Virus record (IMG/VR): IMGVR_UViG_3300017528_000566
DNA length: 20,000 nucleotides
Source: an uncultured virus (IMG/VR IMGVR_UViG_3300017528_000566)
Lineage: Duplodnaviria > Heunggongvirae > Uroviricota > Caudoviricetes
Direction: 5' to 3' (one strand)
Below the pieces are notes generated by a model. The model searched no databases. It worked only from the letters and a program-made list of their open reading frames with translations, and was not told where the DNA came from. A program made the position numbers and the translations under genes. Below are positions 16,458 to 20,000 of the stretch, one piece after another. The first letter of the stretch is position 1, and every line of letters begins with the position of its first letter.

Positions 16458-16805
16458 TCACCACTCACCATCGTCATCATCCCGTTCATGCCGTGAGCGT
16501 CGCCGCTTACTAGCGTAGCGATCGAACTTCGTAGGCTGCGCATCCGGCCATTCCTGCCTCGCGTCATACTTGGAGGCTCGCCGTTCTTCTTGGCGGGGTG
16601 CCGGGCTGTAGCGGTCTGCGACCCTCTGCACAATAGGCTGCTGATCTTGCCTTGAGGGTGCGCTCGCCTTCCTAGTATCCCGGCACTGTTTGCACCGAAC
16701 CGGGGGTGTGAACTGGCGCTCTGCGAAGAACTTCTGCTCACCTGCTGTAAATGAAAACCCGCGCTTACAGTCGCGACAGGTCTTATCCTCGTCCTGGTAA
16801 TCCAC
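16458..16805 (-). CDS. Zinc-ribbon domain protein (zf-trcl-like) with a disordered tail
   Basis: 'YQDEDKTCRDCKRGFSFTAGEQKFFAERQFTPPVRCKQCR'. Confidence 0.85.
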   Translation of the reverse strand: MDYQDEDKTCRDCKRGFSFTAGEQKFFAERQFTPPVRCKQCRDTRKASAPSRQDQQPIVQRVADRYSPAPRQEERRASKYDARQEWPDAQPTKFDRYASKRRRSRHERDDDDGEW

Positions 16806-16829
16806 TATCTCTACTTGTCCTCTTTCTAG

Positions 16830-17252
16830 TCATGGCCTCATCTTGCCGAGCCTGGCCGCTTGCTCACGCGAATCTCCCCGCCCTCGCGGACGTCTAGTGT
16901 TTGCTCGCGTATATGGCTGGGTCCCGGAAGCCGGGACCGTCACTGTATTGACTCTGTACTTAGGGCCTTGGGGCAACTCTGGTTCAAGACCAGCGCCGAC
17001 TTGCCGGGCATCGAGCCACTTCATAGCTCTCACCAATAGAGAGAAGATCTGCGCCTTGTCCGAACCCTCCCCGCTGTGGTCCGGGTGATATTCCAGCGCC
17101 AACTCCCTAAAGCGTTTCCGCGTCCTTGCTTTGAACTTCTTGAGCAGGTCCTCTGCATCCGGCGCCCGCTCAATCTCAATCAACTCTTGAGTGGTGATGC
17201 CGAGCATCTGGTGTGCTAGGTAGCGTTCGGACGGCGAGAGTGGCAGAGCCAT
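16830..17252 (-). CDS. J-domain (DnaJ-like) co-chaperone
   Basis: 'RKRFRELALEYHPDHSG..AQIFSLLVRAM' with an intact HPD motif. Confidence 0.8.
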   Translation of the reverse strand: MALPLSPSERYLAHQMLGITTQELIEIERAPDAEDLLKKFKARTRKRFRELALEYHPDHSGEGSDKAQIFSLLVRAMKWLDARQVGAGLEPELPQGPKYRVNTVTVPASGTQPYTRANTRRPRGRGDSREQAARLGKMRP

Positions 17253-17306
17253 AGAGTGTTGCTGTCGGAGCCTCTAATGTCCCGGGCCACAAGAAGAAGT
17301 GATCCC

Positions 17307-17891
17307 CTAGACGAACCGATCCCGCTTACCCCACAGCGCCAGTTGCACCGTGGCGCGCTGCAGAGCCCCCTCACTCGCAACCCTACTCATAGGCAGGCTA
17401 AGCGGAAACTTTACAACTAGGCGGCCAACCCCTCGATTACTCCCCCACAACAGGAGCTCATGCGCAGGCCAGGAAATCTCCGGGATGTCCGCCTCAAATA
17501 GGGTGTCTGGGTCCTTCGCGTACGCGAGCGTCACGTGCGGTTTGTAGACGGGGAACTTGTTGTTGTACTCGATCCCGGCCTCGTCCATCGCTTGGCGGAG
17601 GGCCTGTTGGAAAGCGTGGAGCTCGGGGGACCGCACTTTTGCGATCACGGGGACACCATCCTTACCCGCTGGAAAGGTGGTGATCAGATCTGTCGAGACC
17701 GAAAACGGCATGGTCTTGGACGTCACCTCATAGAGGACCGGCAATAGCTGCCCGATGCGCTCGATTGGGGTATCATCCCCGAGATACACGACGGTGATAT
17801 GAAGATGGGCGCGCTCTGGCTTACCAGGCACAGGGAGTTCTCCGAGTACCCGTGAGGTTTCTTCTGGGACAGTAAACATAAGCGCGGCCAT
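17307..17891 (-). CDS. 2H phosphoesterase (2'-5' RNA ligase/ThpR-like family)
   Basis: Two HxT motifs: LHITVVYLG and YKPHVTLAY; AGGAG RBS. Confidence 0.88.
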   Translation of the reverse strand: MAALMFTVPEETSRVLGELPVPGKPERAHLHITVVYLGDDTPIERIGQLLPVLYEVTSKTMPFSVSTDLITTFPAGKDGVPVIAKVRSPELHAFQQALRQAMDEAGIEYNNKFPVYKPHVTLAYAKDPDTLFEADIPEISWPAHELLLWGSNRGVGRLVVKFPLSLPMSRVASEGALQRATVQLALWGKRDRFV

Positions 17892-18353
17892 CTATGGGGC
17901 TCCTATTTCAACATTGGGCAACAGACGATCGGTCATCCACGGCGGCAAGAGGTCATCGGCGGCGAAGCCGAATGACACCCAATAGGCGGGCTCGTTTTGC
18001 AACTGAAGCACGCGACTCATCATCGTGAGTGTCTTGAATAGGACGGTATAGCCATAGATTAACTCCTTGGCTCGTTTGGGGTACTTCTTACACCCCTCGA
18101 AGGTGGCCATGGCCGTGGCCTCGCACTGCTGAAGCAACCAAGCCTCGTGACCGTGGGGAACCAGCAAGAGGACCCGTTCGGTATCCCTGCCTGACATCAA
18201 GGCCGTGATGATCACAGCTTCGGCACGTACAGGGCAGGCGTTGCGATCCGAGAATCCTCTAAACTTTGGCCATCTAGTATACAGCCTTTCCTGATCTTCT
18301 TGGGGGGCTCGGCCTAGGATGCGCTGATGCGCTTCTGCCAAAGGCATGGACAT
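17892..18353 (-). CDS. Hypothetical protein
   Basis: ATG 18353, about 10 nt downstream of the CGGTGTA motif; its TAG directly abuts the next ATG in frame. Confidence 0.65.
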   Translation of the reverse strand: MSMPLAEAHQRILGRAPQEDQERLYTRWPKFRGFSDRNACPVRAEAVIITALMSGRDTERVLLLVPHGHEAWLLQQCEATAMATFEGCKKYPKRAKELIYGYTVLFKTLTMMSRVLQLQNEPAYWVSFGFAADDLLPPWMTDRLLPNVEIGAP

Positions 18354-18362
18354 AGCCCCAAG

Positions 18363-18369
18363 TACACCG
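18363..18369 (-). promoter_or_regulatory. CGGTGTA motif
   Basis: In the divergent gap, about 10 nt upstream of ATG 18353. Confidence 0.5.
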
Positions 18370-18411
18370 CTCAACGGTCACAGGGTTAATCACTAGGGAG
18401 GACGACAGCAC

Positions 18412-18705
18412 ATGGACATGACAGCACTACACGAACTCCGCGACCGGCTTTGGTCTGCGAAGGTTTACAAATACCGGTTCGCAGCAGCTGCCGACTATGC
18501 CGCGGAGCTCGAGAAGCAAGCCGGCCCTGTGGACTTCGAGGGCTACAAGCACTCCGTGGACCACCTGCTGGCTCTTGTTGAAAAAGCCATCCGGGTCTAC
18601 GACATGCCCAAACCCCCGAAGATGGCCGGCAAGCCGACCGCAAAAGATACGCCAAAGATGGTAGTCAGGCCTGAGCCCAAGGCAAAGGCCTCGGACAGCC
18701 GCTGA
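18412..18705 (+). CDS. Hypothetical protein (97 aa)
   Basis: GGGAGG RBS; helical body with a K/P-rich tail; 3' end overlaps the convergent kinase. Confidence 0.65.
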   Translation: MDMTALHELRDRLWSAKVYKYRFAAAADYAAELEKQAGPVDFEGYKHSVDHLLALVEKAIRVYDMPKPPKMAGKPTAKDTPKMVVRPEPKAKASDSR

Positions 18706-19363
18706 TCTGGCGCATGAAGGCGTCGACCATGAGACGTAAGTCCTCGATCGTACCTGTGTTCTGCAGGACTTTGTCGAACGCCGAATCAGGGATACTGGCC
18801 TGCTCCGTCTCTGATGAGTGAAGCCCCAGTGCCCCCGGGAGCCCAGCGCCGGGTCTCGAGATTTTCACTAGGAGGCCGCCTGACTCTTTGATGGCGGCCA
18901 CCTCATTCTTGAACCTGACATCGGGGATCACGACCCCGATAACGGAGCGTGTACGCCCGCGGAGCCCATCCTGGCGTTTGTGTATCCCTAGCTGGTGCGA
19001 GTACTGAAGAGAGACGCCACCATCCAGCAGCAGCTCATGGGCTGTTCGGATGCCCAGCTCAACCCAAGTGTTGGGATAACATCCGCGGCCCCATTCGGTC
19101 CCGAGCGACTGCAATGCTTCGCGGGGCGTGAGGAATGAGCCGTCGGGACGTGGATAACGCTTGTCGGGTGCGACTTTAGCTTGGCCCGGACCCCAGAGTT
19201 GCTCGTCCGAGAATGCGTAAACTCGACGAGCTATTTGTTTCACGGGGTCCGCCAAGCTTACCTTTACGAAGCCGTGGTCCTGAACCAGAAGGTCCGCAGT
19301 GGTGTCCTTCCCTGCACCCGAGATCCCTAGAATACCAACGAGCAGGCTAACGGTGTTCTTCAT
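18665..19363 (-). CDS. Deoxynucleoside monophosphate kinase (T4 gp1-like)
   Basis: P-loop GISGAGKDT, SLADPVK, TPREALQSLGTEWGR, VVIPDVRFKNE, HSSE. Confidence 0.92.
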   Translation of the reverse strand: MKNTVSLLVGILGISGAGKDTTADLLVQDHGFVKVSLADPVKQIARRVYAFSDEQLWGPGQAKVAPDKRYPRPDGSFLTPREALQSLGTEWGRGCYPNTWVELGIRTAHELLLDGGVSLQYSHQLGIHKRQDGLRGRTRSVIGVVIPDVRFKNEVAAIKESGGLLVKISRPGAGLPGALGLHSSETEQASIPDSAFDKVLQNTGTIEDLRLMVDAFMRQISGCPRPLPWAQA

Positions 19364-19373
19364 GAACGGCGAC

Positions 19374-19380
19374 TACACCG
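19374..19380 (-). promoter_or_regulatory. CGGTGTA motif
   Basis: 10 nt upstream of ATG 19363, which lacks an obvious SD. Confidence 0.5.
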
Positions 19381-19387
19381 TCCGCCG

Positions 19388-19498
19388 CTAGAGTGATGGC
19401 CAGATAGCAAGCGTAAGAATCGTTCCGAGAGCGACTATCACTTCAAGCGCATCCAACACGTTTACAGCTAACGTTAGCCACCGATACCAATTTGCCAT
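19388..19498 (-). CDS. Small membrane peptide (36 aa)
   Basis: Below the ORF-track cutoff. AAGGAGG RBS at 19510-19504; MANWYRWLTLAVNVLDALEVIVALGTILTLAIWPSL; TGGTGTA at 19539-19533 upstream. Confidence 0.65.
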   Translation of the reverse strand: MANWYRWLTLAVNVLDALEVIVALGTILTLAIWPSL

Positions 19499-19577
19499 AT
19501 CCGCCTCCTTGGTGATCAACCCAACCACCCTTTACACCAAGGCCCAGAAATAGATGCTTCAGCGCGAGCTCGCCGCA

Positions 19578-20000
19578 TCACATTTTGCTCAGGTCTCGAT
19601 ATGAGTCGATGTGCTTGATCACCTCAGCTAGCTCTTCTTCACTGGCATCGTGGTCGGTGTAGTTCTCTGCCCACTCCCGCGGAGACATGGCCTTCTCTAG
19701 TGCCAACTCCGATTTCAGGGTTCGGTACACTTGTTTGATGACCGTTTTGCGGATCCCCGCGCGAATCTTGACGTTCTCAAAAGCGATGTCGATCGCCTGC
19801 GAGCAAGAGGTGGACGCGTTCATTGTGTGGTTGAACGACGTCATGAGCTGATAGATACGCGAAAGCACGGTGCTAACAGCCTGGTCAATCTCCGCTTCAT
19901 TGCTGCGCGGCGCCCCCTCGTGCAAGCGAGCGCTGAGCCCCCGCAGAGCTGCGGCGATGTGTGCCCTGGATGGCCTCCCGGCCCCGAGATAGCGGAGCAT
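19578..20000 (-). CDS. Hypothetical protein with the 'AGRPSRAxIA' module; true start probably beyond the window end
   Basis: LRYLGAGRPSRAHIAAALRGLSARL aligns with about residues 18-41 of 2478..2903. Confidence 0.75.
   Translation of the reverse strand: MLRYLGAGRPSRAHIAAALRGLSARLHEGAPRSNEAEIDQAVSTVLSRIYQLMTSFNHTMNASTSCSQAIDIAFENVKIRAGIRKTVIKQVYRTLKSELALEKAMSPREWAENYTDHDASEEELAEVIKHIDSYRDLSKM

Noticed and set aside
4131..17292. CTTGTG(G) motif in several intergenic regions (about 4133, 5007, 6139, 17287)
   Set aside because: Too short, and orientation and distance to start codons are inconsistent.
1..20000. Genome-wide TAG reassignment (genetic code 15 or similar)
   Set aside because: TAG ends many genes at sensible boundaries (4130, 5539, 7965, 8870, 11183, 15096, 17307), and long genes such as int, parB and the kinase have no internal TAG. 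Internal ambers are confined to one operon.

Overview
A 20 kb, GC-rich segment that looks like the accessory/early region of a large temperate bacteriophage. It holds densely packed small hypothetical genes, a T4 gp1-type dNMP kinase, a ParB-like protein, a J-domain protein, a 2H phosphoesterase, zinc ribbons and an XRE regulator. An integration module is also present: a tyrosine integrase, a convergent excisionase-like gene, and an apparently intact attP whose core is the 3' half of tRNA-Leu(CAA), flanked by inverted TGGACAATAC arm repeats. The most striking feature is missed by the ORF track: a minus-strand operon (15075 to 12316) that appears to be gated by amber (TAG) readthrough. A leader peptide MPIIGHLW-TAG-IFYPLARGPPVAV places an RGPP ribosome-arrest motif after the amber, on the 5' arm of a hairpin that masks the next gene's Shine-Dalgarno. 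The last two genes, an HD-domain hydrolase and a Pth2-like peptidyl-tRNA hydrolase, each carry an in-frame TAG in the same G-TAG-ATY context, while all true stops in the operon are TAA or TGA. A (C)GGTGTA motif precedes many transcription units. All calls come from reading the sequence by eye; no database search was run.
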